NCBI GenBank assembly: GCA_051294375.1
Contig: CM119269.1
Coordinates: forward strand, 18,855,138-18,919,137
Reading direction: 5' to 3'
DNA from: Paraspadella gotoi
Lineage: Eukaryota > Animalia > Chaetognatha
DNA length: 64,000 nt
Positions 26,997 through 41,780 of this stretch are shown piece after piece. Made by a program: the position numbers and the translations under genes. How positions within the stretch are numbered: position 1 is the first letter of the stretch; every line of letters starts with the position of its first letter. The notes beneath the pieces were generated by a model. The model ran no database searches, was not told where the DNA came from, and worked only from the letters and a program-made list of their open reading frames with translations.

Positions 26997-28443
26997 AGGG
27001 AGGGGATGCTGCATCTTTATGTAATTCCTCCTCCTGCTTCGAAAGGAAGGGAATTCACAACTCACTTTCCTTCCCCAATTTTCACCCCCCCCACCCCAAC
27101 TCCACCGACACCTCCCTCCCCACCCTGAATATCTCTCCAATATTTCCACTCCCCAGGACCCTGCCCCTCGGTCTCTGTTCCCTCTCTCTTTCGCTCACAT
27201 TCATCTGATGTATTTCGCGGACAGGAACCAGAGCTGTTGAGGATTGATGGCGTACATGAGAGAGAGAGAGAGACGAGAGACGAGAGAGAGAGTAGAGAGA
27301 GAGAGGAGAGACCAAGAGAGATGATGAGAGAGAGGCGAGAGAGCGAGAGAGAGAGAGTGAAATCGAGTCCTCGTAAAATCTGCGTCGTTAAAAACGGGGG
27401 TACGTTGGGGTTCGATGAGATGGCTCTTTCCCTTCATTTCTTCGAATGCTTCAGTATTGGACAACATGATGGACAAACAGATTGAAACATGGATACAACG
27501 GAATGGGATTCCGGACTATCGTCGGCGGGAGAACGAGGAATGGTGTCGTTTTACGGAACTCGCCGTGCTGCTCCTGGTAATAAACGGGTAAGACCGCGTG
27601 ATGATGCCGATACAACGCAGATGCACTCGCGTATCTCAAATATCCGTGAATCTCTCTTCTGCATCCTCTTCTCTACTGGCTCTTCTATCTCTCTTCTCTA
27701 CTGCTCATGCTCTACGTATCTATATGGCGCTCTCATGCTCATTGAATCTACTCTTTGGCATAGATTAAGTAAGAATATCTTGATATCATCCTTATATTGA
27801 AAATCAAAGTTCTCAGCTCAGTCTGCACTCTGCATATAGATTGCAATCTCGAGCTTCAGTCAAGAGTCATCTCCGTGACTCTTAGCGACCTGGACGATTG
27901 AGAACATTAAGGCCGGTATTACGTTAAGTTAGACGCTCTATCTGAGCATTATTTCTTTCTCCCAACTCGTGCAGCTCGTGTGATAACTACCTGGCATCCC
28001 TGCTGAGTAGCTCAAATGAGAGATGAAGAGATAGCGAGCAATAAGGCGTTGATGGTATAGTCATACGACGTATCGGCACTAAATCTGGGATCAAATGAGC
28101 AGTGCTACTTTAAGAAACATGACTAATGGCACCCTTAGCGACCAAAAGGCATATTAAAATCTTGCTGATAGAAGACGGAACATGAAACAGACAATTTCTT
28201 AACAATAGAGAAAGACGCTGAAATGAGATAAAAGAAATGAGATGAGGAGAGAAGGAGAGAGAAGAGAGAGAGAGAGAGAGATGAGAGTAGGAGAGAAGGA
28301 GAGAGAAGAAGAGAGAGAGAGAGACAAAGAGAGAGTGAGATAAAGATTAAGTCGGATAAAGGAGGAAAAGAAAAAAAGTGGGAGGATACATGTGTTAATG
28401 CGTAACACGAGACTCGCACGTAGGGCTAGGGTCTCTCTCTCTC

Positions 28444-28504
<61 letters not shown>

Positions 28505-28797
28505 CTCCCGCCTCTCTCTCTCTCCTCTCTCTCCTTGCTCCAGAGGCCGAATGGACGTAGGATGAGACTTTTTTCTACTACCGGTGCCCTAGATTCGCTG
28601 TTGTTTGGCGTAAGTCGCGGCGCGTCGTCGTCGTCGTTATTCGTCGTCGTTAATGGCTGTTTTTTAATCCTTTTTTCATTTCCTTCTATTTAGTGAGAGT
28701 TCATTAAAGACTCCACTTTGTAAAATTGTGCTTTGAGCTAGCCGTCTACCCCAGAGAATTCCTCTCTCTCTCTCTCTCTCTCCTCTCTCTGTCTCCC

Positions 28798-28838
<41 letters not shown>

Positions 28839-28843
28839 ATCCG

Positions 28844-28878
<35 letters not shown>

Positions 28879-28934
28879 TCTTTTCTCCCGCTCTTCGCTC
28901 TTTCCTCTTTCTCTCTCGCCTCTCTCTTCTCTCG

Positions 28935-28969
<35 letters not shown>

Positions 28970-29223
28970 ACTCTCTCTCTCTCTCTCCTCTCCGAAATCC
29001 TTCTTTGCCTTCTAAAGCGCTGGCCGAACACACATCCTTTCTCTGTCTTTCTCCTCGCATCTGTCTCTCTCTCCATCCCCTTGTCTCTCCTTTTCTGTGA
29101 TTTCTTAGTCTTCCACACACTCTCAGACACCAGCACACACACAACAGAGAAATTACTCACACTCACTCAATCTTGAGTAGTTCCCCTCCATTACCATTCC
29201 TTGTTCAGGCCTGCGTGCTGAGA

Positions 29224-29277
<54 letters not shown>

Positions 29278-30945
29278 TCCTCTCCTCTCGCTCTCCTCTC
29301 TCTCTCTCTCCCACTCTCGGCTCGTGGTGTAGTTACGCAAACCGCACTCGAAGAAAAATAAAAAACCAAAAAAAAAAAAGAAAAGTAAAAAGGGAAGTGG
29401 ATCCCAAACAAAAAGACAAAAAACATCCATGTACGAAGGCCAAAGGATTATAACGAGGCGGAGAGAAAAAAGAAGAATAGAGCGAAAATATTAAAATTAA
29501 ATTTATTTTATAAAAAACCCCGGTGAATTATTTCTCTTCAAATTCCGTTTTTAATTCGGTACCAGCAAAAACCCTTAGGTTAAAGAGTGAGATAATCAAA
29601 AATGGAATTAAAAAACAACCCGATTTAACATAAACTTTTTTGCCTTCGTTAAGGTTCGCTTGGTTTGAAGACTAGAAAGAAGCGAGAGAGAGAGAGATAG
29701 AGAGAGGAGAGAGAGAGAAGAAGAGAGAGAGAGGAGAGAGATTAATGGATATAACTTTAAAACGAATCCATTACACTACCATTTGACCAGGTGTGGGGCT
29801 TCTTAAGATATCGCGTTTCAAAAGCGTCGTGTTTGCGTCATAATTGTACTTAAATTTCTCCTTTCATCTTTATCGTGCGCTTTTCTTGATGAGTAATCTC
29901 ATTCGGTGGTATGTATGTTTGCTATGTTTATGTTTTGTGTGACAATTGTCAGCTTGCGCTCCACCTCATTTCCCTCTGACTATCTCTATATATCCGCATC
30001 TCCATAACGATATAGTCAATGCTTTAATAAATATGCAACCTGCAGCTCGTCGCTGAAAATAGATATAATACATAATATATAGATGGTATTGTCCTGCGAA
30101 ACGTCATCAGAAGGAGTCCGTGTGATATAGAATAATGGAGAGATAAAATGCGAAGTGTCTGTCTCGTGCATATGATAATTCGGAAGCTGTGGGGTTTCGC
30201 TGGAGTGTGTGTACATCGATAGGAAATCTCACGGATGAACATGCGCGGTGAATACTTCGCCTGATCTCTAGAATAGGGTGGAAATTAAATAAGCGCTCGG
30301 GATGAATGGATAAAAAGTTGATGTGGGAGATAAATGAAAGTAGAGAATCTTATTTCTCTCTCTTTTNNNNNNNNNNNNNNNNNNNNNNNNNNNNNNNNNN
30401 NNNNNNNNNNNNNNNNNNNNNNNNNNNNNNNNNNNNNNNNNNNNNNNNNNNNNNNNNNNNNNNNNNTTGACTGTCAGTTCTAGCGATGCCTGTTTCCTCT
30501 CTTTTCCTCTCTTTTCTTCTCTTTTCTTCTCTTCTTAATCTTTCCTTAATTCTTATCTCCTTTTTTTCTCTTGCTATTTGTTGATATGTTTGTTTTTTTT
30601 GTTGTTGTTTTTTTTTCATTTCTTCATACTGTATTTTATTCGTTTGTGTATTTTTTCATTCTTTATCTATTAGTTTTTTTGTTTTCTANNNNNNNNNNTG
30701 TTTCCTCTCTTTTCTTCTCTTTAATTCTTATCTCCTTTTTTTCTCTTGCTATTTGTTGATATGTTTGTTTTTCTCCTTAATTTCTCCTTAATTCTTATCT
30801 CCTTTTTTTCTCTTGCTATTTGTTGATATGTTTGTTTTTTTGTTGTTGTTTTTTTTTCATTTCTTCATACTGTATTTTATTCGTTTGTGTATTTTTTCAT
30901 TCTTTATTTATTGGTTTTTTTGTTTTCTACTTTTTTCAATAATTT

Positions 30946-31011
30946 ACTTTCTTTCTTTCTTTCTTTCCTTCCTTCCTTCCTTCCTTCCTTCCTTCCTTCC
31001 TTCCTTCCTTC

Positions 31012-31074
<63 letters not shown>

Positions 31075-31075
31075 T
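30946..31075. repeat. Compound (TTTC)n/(TTCC)n microsatellite
   Basis: Read directly; it lies just inside the intron after the exon 8 donor. Confidence 0.9.
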
Positions 31076-31114
31076 CCCTCTTTCCTTCTTTCTTTCTTCC
31101 CATCAAGTACTCAC

Positions 31115-31239
31115 TCTCGTCCTGCGCGTAGACGAATATCTGATAGTGGCTCCTGTCTTCTCGATCCAATTGTTCCTTCAGACCCAAATTTCCTCTTTCG
31201 TCGATGAAGAAGGGAAGATCGTCTGGTTCGAGGAAATAC
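31115..31239 (-). CDS. Cadherin exon 8 (KYFLEPDDLPFFIDERGNLGLKEQLDREDRSHYQIFVYAQDE)
   Basis: PFxID..G, LDRE and VxAxD motifs; ttgcag|...|gtgagt; 125 nt, phase 2-1. Confidence 0.95.
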
Positions 31240-32265
31240 CTGCAAGAAAAAAAACAAAAACAAGACATTCGGATGCGATCGACAAAATTCCAATTAAAAT
31301 ATATGCATCAGAGATGGAAACACGGCAAAATCTATGAAACAACTCTTTTCTTCTGATCTTACATCTTTTAACTTTCATCAAGTCATCAACATTTAACAAC
31401 CCAATGTCAACGTATTTCATTCCTCGCGTCTCAATATTTTCAAACATCGACACAAACCAACTCCCTTTCTTTCCTCCTCTGCAACAAGAAGGAAATCGCA
31501 AACAAAAACAAACAAGAGCAAAATGCAAAAAAAAAACAACTAAAAATCTCAAACTAAAACCATTTCAAGATTTAGCCGAGCAAATTTGCAAAGGGAGCGA
31601 GAGGCCGTCGTCTCACTTCTTAACGAAAACAAATGGAAAATGAGTCAACAAAGACTTCGTAAGGGGTAAGAGGAGGAGGAGGAGGAGGAAGAGGAGGAGG
31701 AGGAGGTAGTTAAAATAACAAGAAGCGTCAAGAGTCTTTCTTTCGTCTCTTTTCTTTTTTTTTCTTGAATTTCTTTTCTGGCTTCTCTCCTCCCTTTTTT
31801 TTTACGCTTCTTTATTCTTTAGAAATTGTAGGGGAGAAGTTATGTACACTTGAAAACCATATTTTACAGTTCGTAAGACGACGCAGTGGTCGCATTCATG
31901 TATCTATGTCAATTATGTATTTCATCGGAGCGTGACTATCTTTGGACAGGCTATGTTTAAGAACAAACTCTTATCAAATTATACATACATTTATGCTTAT
32001 ATAAAAATAGCGTTATCAAAAAAAAAGAGACAAAAATCTCCCCCTGTCCTATTTTTTTCCCGCCCAATTTCGTTGACTGGAGGCGCCATTCCTTTTTCTT
32101 TTCCCCGACGTCCCAACCAGGGCGTCCACTCTCTCTCTCTCTCTGCCAAGAGACAATAAATCCCCAGAAAAGTAAACAAAACCCGGAGATTTAAAGGATT
32201 CTCTTTGTTTCGCTGAAATATAACGAATTTTATAGTCGTCTTCCCTCGTTCTTTTTTTCCTCCTC

Positions 32266-32310
<45 letters not shown>

Positions 32311-32421
32311 TGGGGGAGGAATTTTATTTGGTTTCTTATTTTTTTTTAGTTTGAATCTTCGACGAAAATGCAAATGGGAAACGAATTATTTGGTCGACGT
32401 TTTCCTCCGGGAGGCTGAAAG

Positions 32422-32552
<131 letters not shown>

Positions 32553-32712
32553 CAGAGCGAAATCGTCCTAACCCCCAATTTTTTTTTCTATCTCCCTTTT
32601 GTGGATGAATATTCAGGAAATGTTCGACGCATAAAAACCGAGGGAGGAAACCGAACGGTGAACGGCGCCTTTGAAAGTCTAAGCGTTTCGCGTCTTTGGA
32701 AGACATTAGGAA

Positions 32713-32960
32713 AGGTGACGATGAAAGGGACGAAGTTGATGGACATGATGGGGAAGAGGTGATGGGGAAAAGTGACGATGAAAGGGACGGGGTCGATGGA
32801 CATGATGGGGAAGAGGTGATGGGGAAGAGGTGACGATGAAGGGGACGGCGTCGATGGAGATGATGGGGAAGAGGTGATGAGGAAAGGTGACGATGAAAGG
32901 GACGGCGTTGATGGAGATGATGAGGAAGAGGTGATGGGGAAATGTGATGGTAAAGATGGC
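32713..32960. repeat. 57-58-bp tandem repeat, about 4 copies
   Basis: gtgacgatgaa starts at 32715, 32772, 32830 and 32887. Confidence 0.88.
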
Positions 32961-33895
32961 GCTGTGGACACTGGGGAAATTGAGAGCGGCGACGACGATG
33001 GGAACGATGAAGGGTCGGATGATGCTATGAGGTATTCAAATTCATTTCTGTTTAGTTCCAAGGTTGTATATGGAAAGTATCCACATTTAATCCCCATTTA
33101 TTCACTCGATGTACCTTTCTCAAGGCTCTAAAGCTTATATATGTGATTGTGATGGAGACAATTCTCTGAAGAACATCGTCTAAGAGACTCATTGATTACC
33201 CACAACAATCCCCTCTAACAATTGTGATAGTCGAGGCCCAATTCGCATGTTTGTCTCGGTCTTCGATAGACAATGCCGACAAAGATGACAACTAAAGAGA
33301 GCGATGATAAAGAGACGATCATGAAGTGATTATGAATGAGAGACAGCGAGTGACGTTTTGAGGCCCCCCAAAAATTTATAAGAAGACGATAAAGAAGCCG
33401 TAAATGACGACCAAGATGACGACTACAATGAAGACAGCGACTGCGATGACGATCACGGTGACGACGACAACGACGATGACGAACAGGGCTCCTCCGCCCT
33501 CGTTTGCGCCTTCATAAAATCTTTACGACGAAATCCTTTTCCCTTTTTTTTCCTTCTCAAAATTTTATCATTTTTCTTCATTTTTTCCTCTTTTCCTCTT
33601 TCGTTTTTTTCTTCCTCTTTTTTTCCCCTCCGTTTCCACTAAATTCTTTTTTTCCCTCCTTTTCTTCCTTCCAGAAGAAGAGAGTCTCCGGTATTGAAAT
33701 CCAGAAACGTCCGTTTACAAAATCTAACAGGGCGAAGTTATTCAAAATCGTTGTACACTCTCAAAGGAATAACAAGCCTCCCTCGGCGACTCATAATGTG
33801 TCAAGATCATTGCTCTCATGGGCGTGCCCACCGTCTCCCCCTCTCGATCTCCCTCCCCCCCCCCCTGCGTCTCCGCCCCACTTTATTGTCCTCAC

Positions 33896-34058
33896 TTGAT
33901 TCTGGCGTGTCTGGGCGTGTCAAAGTCCTCGGCGGCGGCTATCCCGATGATCGCTCTCACGGGAGTGTCTTCCGACGCGTAAAACTTGAATTCTTTGTCC
34001 TTGAATCTGGGCGGGTTGTCGTTGACGTCCGAGACGGCGACGATCACTTTGCAGGTGT
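33896..34058 (-). CDS. Cadherin exon 7 (DTCKVIVAVSDVNDNPPRFKDKEFKFYASEDTPVRAIIGIAAAEDFDTPRHARI)
   Basis: DVNDNPPxF, SED and AxDxD motifs; tcag|...|gtgagg; 163 nt, phase 1-2. Confidence 0.95.
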
Positions 34059-34511
34059 CTGACGAGGGGGTGGTGGGTGGTGGGTGGAGTAGGGGGGGGT
34101 TGGAAAAGGGAGAGGGGTGGAATGTGGGGGAATGAAGAGGGGAGGAACGAACAAAAAATACATATGCGTCGAGAAAATTTATTGCAAAATATGTAAGATG
34201 ACGAATATGTGAGGAAAACCTCATCGTTGCTTGACTGTTTATTTATTTGTAGTTTAGTACATAAGTTGTTTTTGTTTTGTTTTAAAGTTGTTTCTATTTT
34301 GTTTCCTTCCTGATCAGTTATTCCACCGAAGGACGAAAACGATTTCTCGCTTTTTCCCTCCGGACGCATCGAGGTTCCGAAGGGAAAGATTCCAGAATTT
34401 TCTCGATTCTCGAAAACTATTTTTTTTTTTTCAATTAAATATTTTGTAAAATTGTAAATTCATTCCCAAACGCTATTAAAACCGTTTAAATACGCACAAT
34501 ATTTCTTTGAA

Positions 34512-34629
<118 letters not shown>

Positions 34630-34918
34630 CCAAGCTCCACCTCTCGGCCCCCCAACGGCCATCTGAACGCAAGGTGGAATAAATACGCTGGCGTTGGAGA
34701 ATTATCCAAGGATCTCCTTTCTAATATGACCTTTCGGCCAACGACGGCGCGCTTAGCACCGGGAGGCACAGGAGAAAGAGAGAAGGGGGAGAGAAGGAAG
34801 GGAAAAAGAAAGGGAGGTTAAGGGATGGAAAGGAAAGGAAGAAGAGAAGAAGAAGAAATAAATAAAGATGAGGGAGCATCTTTCGCCGACGTCTTCCTAA
34901 TTACCCGCTTTCACCGAT

Positions 34919-34966
<48 letters not shown>

Positions 34967-35987
34967 AACAGATGTACGAATGTTTCTTCTTTCTCCTTCG
35001 TCAGATTGCCTGCGAAGAGAAAAGGAAGATGTTTGCTTTCACCATGGCGACAACAAATTACTGACCGACCGTCGTATCGACGAACCGACAGTGCAAGAGG
35101 CCGACAAACTGAATTTTTCTTTTTCTCTTTATTGTATAATAAATAAAATTTGTTGAAGTTGTATTTAAAAAATTCATATATATATCGACTAATGCCACGG
35201 TGAAAAAAAGAAATAGAATAAACCGAATACGTAAGATAAGAAATTTTAAAAATGAGAAAAGAAAATAGAAAATAGAAAAGAAGAAAGAATCGTAATTGAA
35301 AAGAGAATAAAGTCCAAAGAAATATAGAGAGGAAAGAGAAGAATGGGAAAAGAAGAGAATAAGAAAAGATAAATGGAGAGAAGTAAAGAGAAACGTCTTC
35401 CAGTCAGCGAAGAACATTTACTGGCGGAAGGGAAAATTGTTTCTTCTCATCAACGTCATTTCCGCGGATAGATATCAGGGATGGATATCGGCGGTAGTTG
35501 ACGTGGCTGTCGACGTCGCTGTCGGTTCCTCGTCAACATTGTCGAGTTTATGCGCAGTGAAAAAAAAATCGTGATGCGGATTGACAGGTTTTTTTTTTTT
35601 TTACTTCCAGTTAAATATCGATATTATTTTTGTGTTTATTTCTTGATTTAAGATCCAACATTGGAAATGATTTCGGCCTACAACGCTTTTAAATTTTTAT
35701 TTTTTCTACCGAAGATGTAAGAAAACTTTTTCTTTTTAATGTTCAGAATGGACAAAACTACTTGAAATTTATATAAACTTAATTAAAACGAATGTGAAAA
35801 TAGATTAAGGAATAATGTGATATTATATTGTCAAGTAATTTTTATATTGGTTGTAGTACTTGTACCAATTTCATAAAGAAAAGTAATAATAAAAAATAAT
35901 GAAAAACGAAAGAAAACTATTAACTCGTAACGAATTGACAATCGCTTCATTGCTCTTTTTTTGCTCTCAAGATTCTTTCAACCTCTC

Positions 35988-36035
<48 letters not shown>

Positions 36036-36148
36036 TCTTCTCTCTCTCTCTCTCTCTTCTCTCATCTCGGAGTTCCTTCCAACTCGATAACCTTATCTCT
36101 AACCTCTCAGCTTGTCTCCCTATGACTCTCTCTCTCACTCTCTTCTCA

Positions 36149-36215
<67 letters not shown>

Positions 36216-36384
36216 CACTCTCCATTGCTATCATTCTTTATTATTTTTTTCTATATAATAATACTAATGTTCTCGGCCGCCCGACCGAAATTCGTTTCAA
36301 GTCTCGTTATCTCATACAAACGCTAACCGAGCGTGGCTATCGTTTCGTCGTAATCGTACCTGAAAATTCATCTTTCTCTCTCTC

Positions 36385-36452
<68 letters not shown>

Positions 36453-36513
36453 TCTCTCTCTTTCTCGACATTCGCATTTTTTCGTCCATCTTTCTTTTCC
36501 GACTCTCTCTCTG

Positions 36514-36544
<31 letters not shown>

Positions 36545-36970
36545 TTCCCTCTCTCCCCCACTCTCGTCTCAGAACATCATCATAGCCGACGGCGGAATTC
36601 CCCGAAGCAGCTGGAATAAAACGAGAAAGGGGCTGACGAGGGGGGAGTTAAACGGACCCGCCCTTTCCTCGTTCCTTTTCTGCCCACTCCTCTCCCACCC
36701 CCTCCTCCTCCTCCTCTTCCTCCTTTCCATTTTTTCTTCCTTTTATTCATTCTCAGGTGAATAACATAATACCCGAGCTTAGAATTTCAGATAATAGTTT
36801 TTTTTTCTTGTCTGTTTGTGCACGATAAGATAATTAATAGTTAATTAATAGTTAGTAAAGCGTAGCAATAATATTAAAATCAAATAGAATCAAAATTCTA
36901 ATAGTAGATCACGAACAGGCATGTGAACATTTTTAAATAAAAAAAAAAATATTTTTAAATTTTCAAATAC

Positions 36971-37315
36971 GCCCATATATATACATAGCACTCACCATAG
37001 AAAATGTGAAAATTTTAAAATGTTTTTTTCGTATTTTTAAAAGCAGATTCGAATTCCTCACTAAAAGTTGATAAAAGGAACTATAACTCTTTTTAGAAAA
37101 TTATTTCATTAAGTGGATCAAAATCCTAAAAAACTATATATAAAAAATATAGTTTTTTAAATTTTTGGCTAACTAAATGAAAGAATTTTTGATTAAGACT
37201 TATATTTTCTTTTATCAACGTTTTACGAGCAATTCGAATCTGCTTTCAAAACTAAGAAAACATAATTTTAAAATTTTAACATTTTCTATGGTAAGTACTA
37301 TGTATAAATATGGGC
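36971..37315. mobile_element. Palindromic MITE-like element (about 345 bp)
   Basis: The left arm gcccatatatatacatagcactcaccatagaaaatgt... is the reverse complement of the right arm ...acattttctatggtaagtactatgtataaatatgggc, and pairing continues to the centre. A related copy lies at 49559. Confidence 0.8.
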
Positions 37316-38181
37316 TACGCTTTAATACTTAATAGTTAGTTATCCTTCTTAGAATAATTAAAGCGTGACGGAATGTCCTCAGTATGTGATTCGCCGTCAG
37401 GTCAACCGTTTCCTTTTTTTTCCCCGCTTCATTCACTTTGTCCGTGATTCTCTCTTTGTCCTTCGCTTTGTCTCTCACCTCAATTTCGTTTTGACCTTGT
37501 CATTTTTTTTTGCCCTTCTCTAAAACGTTTTAACCGTGAGAAGCGAAAGCGAAAAAAAAGGAATGAACTTGACTTGATTTGAACCTCGTTTTCAATTTTT
37601 ATTCTCAGTCATTTAATTTGATGAAAGACTAATACTTCTCATTGCTTCTTTGATATCATGATTCTCCTTTCAACTTGAGTCTGAAGCAATCGTCTCTTCT
37701 GTTTCAAATTCTCTCTGAAGAACTCTTTCCAAAGTTCCAAACGAGTCTCGAGATCCTGCGACCAATCCTGCCCCTTTCTCACTCTCTCATTACTCCACTC
37801 ACCCTCGCCCACAACCCTCTCCCACCGCCCACTCGACCGGCTTCGTCCTCTGGGGAGGCGAAACCCGGCGATTCAAATCAGAAAGAAAAACAAAAAGAAA
37901 TTAGCGGCCTTTGCCTCGTCGCCCAAAGAGGCCCGTCGGGAATTCCTCCTTACTCTCCCTGCCCCTCTTCTTCTTCTCTCTTCTTCTTCTTCTGCTTCTT
38001 CTTCTTCTTCTCTCTTCTTCTTCTTTTTCATTTTCCTCCTCCTCCTCTTCTTCCTCCTCACTCCAAAAAAGGGTTTCATTTGCATCTTTACCGATTTTCT
38101 TTCTAGTCTTACTTTCTTCGATTTTTCGGATAGAGGGGAGGGAGAGAGTGAGTGAGAGAGATAAACAGAGAGAGAGAGAGC

Positions 38182-38226
<45 letters not shown>

Positions 38227-39227
38227 CCTTGAATAATTGTATATAAATTCAACATTCTTTGTCTCGGACTTATTTCGAAAATAAACATGAATAAAACTTT
38301 GAAATGACAAAAGGGAATCTGCGCTTTTTCAAGAGAAACAAAGAATTTTAGACTGAAAGAAACAAAAAAAAAAGGAATAAAATAAAACAATACAAAGAGA
38401 AAGAAAGATAGTAACAAAGAGAAAACGATTGAGGAAAAGGAAAAAAAAAATGGAAGAGTTATGCATATGACAACGCCTCCCCAGTCTTTATCTTTTCTTC
38501 ATCCTTTTTTCTCGATGTCACTTTTGTGATAAAACGTTGATCTTCCTCCGGCGTTCACGCATCTGCCTCCATTGTCGCAGCGGCGGCGGCGGCGGCGGCG
38601 GCGGCATTGGCGCGAGAATCCCGGCGTCTCTGTCTCTGTCTCCATCTTCATCTTTCACCGCTCGAGGATACGTCGACTCCCTCTCCATCAGTCATTCCCT
38701 CTCGCTCTCTGTATTTTGTAAGAGATCTTAAACGCGAGAAAAAGATCGAAGAAAATGGACGGGGAAGATTGAGAGAAGGTGACAACGGTAATAGGAGATA
38801 ATAGATTAATAATTAATAATTAATTTATAGATAAAATAAAATTGATAAGCGATATTAAAATAAGCGATATAAAGAAAGTAAACCGCGAGGAAAATACCGA
38901 TCGGGTATTTATTATTTTTCTTATTTCTTGGTTCATTGTTCAGTTTTCTCAGGATTGGGTTTTTATTTGAGTGACTCCGAACTGGATGCTTAATCTTTAA
39001 GCGAAAAGTGAGCGCGTCTCAAAGTTACAATATGGTGCCTCTAATCGAACGCTAGCGTAAAAACCCTCATGAAATTGAAGTTAAATCCACAATTACAGAA
39101 GTGAGATAACTTTTTTCACAAAGCGTGACAAAACTCCGGCCAATCCAAGTCACAACGCAAATGGCGACGTCACATTCATCCTCAATCTTTTGTCTTTTTC
39201 TTTACTTTTCTACTCCAGGCGGCAGGC

Positions 39228-39359
<132 letters not shown>

Positions 39360-41086
39360 CTTATGCCAGGCCCCGAACCAGAAACGAATATTGATCTTTA
39401 GGGGCGAATAAGAATTACTATGAAATACCGAGCCAGCCTTCTCCTGACGCCTAATGCCTTCAGGCCCTTCATATTGTATATTAGGTGCGCGGCGCGGCGC
39501 GGCGGCGTCCGTGGCTGCAGAAGCGGCGGCTGCGTTGGCTGTGGCGAAGGAGGCGGCGGAAATAATTCTGTCGCTGAATATCGTGTTTCGTCAAAAATTA
39601 CTTTGGTGCATCACGTTTTCTCATACTTAGTATAGTGTTTTTAAACTATATACGATGCACATTTGAAGTAGTTTATTTTGAATTAAATGTTGAGAAAGTT
39701 TTTAAATAGATTTCGGCAACGATAATTTAATTTTTATTTTTACAAAATTCGGACATGTTTCGACTTTGGTTTCAAATCTTCAGCGAAATTTCCAAAATGA
39801 ATTTACTCATAACATTTCTTGGGTATTGATTCAATCACACAAGCGTAATTCCGCCGGTGGAAACATTCTGTCAGCGACAGAGGCGTCAAAAATGGCAAAA
39901 ATCGGTGCGAAATGGCAAATTAGTGAAATGGCAAATTAGTGAAAGACGGAAATAGTGATGGAAAAGCGAAGGAATATTAAAAAAACATAATGGATGAAGC
40001 ATTAGAAAAAAACAGTTGAAGCACTTAAGAAAATAATAATATTATAATAATGGCAACTAAAACTTTTAGTAAAGGGAGGCATATTGGCAGAAAAATTGGT
40101 CATTCTTGCAGACGAAGATGAGGGCTGTGAACGAGTTTTCCATGTAGCGGCCGAATGGCCCGTTGCTGTGGAAGCGGTGGCGACGAGAATGGAAGCTTCA
40201 ATGCAACAGTGGCGGCGGAGGCGGCGCCGTCGTCGACGAAATACGGCAGCTGCAGCTGTAGCGGCGGCTGCAGCGATGCCGAATAAAAAAAAGCCTGTCT
40301 CCCCTCGTAAACATCCCGGGTCGTACGTGGGGTCGTATTATCGGCCCGAATGGCACACGAGGGGTTGGAATCGCCGAGAGGGTTGGTGGAATTGGGGTGG
40401 GGTGGGGGTAAGTGAATAGGAGTGAGATCTCCCGATAGAGAGACGGGTAAGGCGGGTGAGGGACTGAGTCGAGTAAAGCAGCGGGATCCGCGAATCGGAG
40501 AACAGGTAAATCTAAAGCAAAGTTCGTTACTAAGAAAAGTAGGAAAGAGAGTAAAGGGGAGAGAGGGTGAAGTTCGTTGGGATTCGAGGCAATAGGAAAA
40601 AGAAGCCGTAAATGACGACCAAGATGACGACTACAATGAAGACAGCGACTGCGATGACGATCACGGTGACGACGACAACGACGATGACGAAACAGGCTCC
40701 TCCGCCCTCGTTGCGCCTTCATAAAATCTTTACGACGAAATCCTTTTCCTTTTTTTCTTTCAAAATTTTTATCATTTTTCTTCATTTTTTCCTCTTTTTC
40801 TCTTTCGTTTTTTTCTTCCTCTTTTTTTCCCCTCCGTTTCCATAAATTCTTTTTTTCCTCCTTTTCTTCCTTCCAAAGAAGAGAGTCTCCGGTTTGAAAT
40901 CCAGGAACGTCGTTACAAAATCTCAACAGGCGAAGTTATTCAAATCGTTGTACACTCTCAAGGAATAACAAGCTCCCTCGGCGACTCATAATGTGTCAAG
41001 ATCATTGCTCTCATGGGCGTGCCCACCGTCTCCCCCCCTCGATCTCCCTCCCCCCCCCTGCGTCTCGCCCACTTTATTGTCCTCAC

Positions 41087-41244
41087 TTGATTCTGCGTGT
41101 CTGGGCGTTCAAAGTCCTCGGCGGCGGCTATCCCGATGATCCTCTCACGGGAGTGTCTTCCGACGCGTAAACTTGAATTCTTTGTCCTTGAATCTGGCGG
41201 GTTGTCGTTGACGTCCGAGACGGCGCACGATCACTTTGCAGTGT
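41087..41244 (-). pseudogene. Frame-broken duplicate of cadherin exon 7 (probably an assembly artefact)
   Basis: Compared with 33896-34058 it has six 1-nt deletions, one 1-nt insertion and no substitutions (158 vs 163 nt). It lies inside the 5.9-kb duplication. Confidence 0.75.
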
Positions 41245-41692
41245 CTGACGAGGGGTGGTGGGTGTGGGTGAGTAGGGGGGGTTGGAAAGGGAGAGGGGTG
41301 GAATGTGGGAATGAAGGAGGGGAGAACGAACAAAAAATACATAGCGTCGAGAATTTATTGAAAATATGTACGATGACGATATGTGAGGAAAACCTCATCG
41401 TTGCTTGACTGTTATTTTTATTTGTAGTTTAGTACATAAGTTGTTTTTGTTTTGTTTAAAGTTGTTCTATTTGTTTCCTTCCTGCATCAGTATTCCACCG
41501 AAGGACGAAAACAACGATTTCTGCTTTTTCCCTCGGACGCATCAGGTTCCGAAGGAAAGATTGCAGAATTTTCTCGATTTCTCGAAACTATTTTTTTTTT
41601 TCAATTAAATATTTTGTAAAATTGTAAATTCATCCCAAACGCTATTAAAACCGTTTAAATAAGCACAAATATTTCTTTAATATCTCTCCTCT

Positions 41693-41780
<88 letters not shown>

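Noticed and set aside
27400-28200. Higher-complexity stretch as a nested gene or transposon ORF (also 30016-30270 and 39361-40598)
   Set aside because: No recognisable protein motifs or consistent splice pairs; it resembles low-accuracy gap-fill sequence.
30490-30930. Triplicated T-rich segment
   Set aside because: The copies are separated by short N-gaps; a scaffolding overlap is the simplest explanation.
32588-33131. Ser/Pro-rich (mucin-like) or Asp-rich ORFs
   Set aside because: They arise from a 57-58-bp repeat whose period breaks frame, and exons 7 and 8 join cleanly without them.
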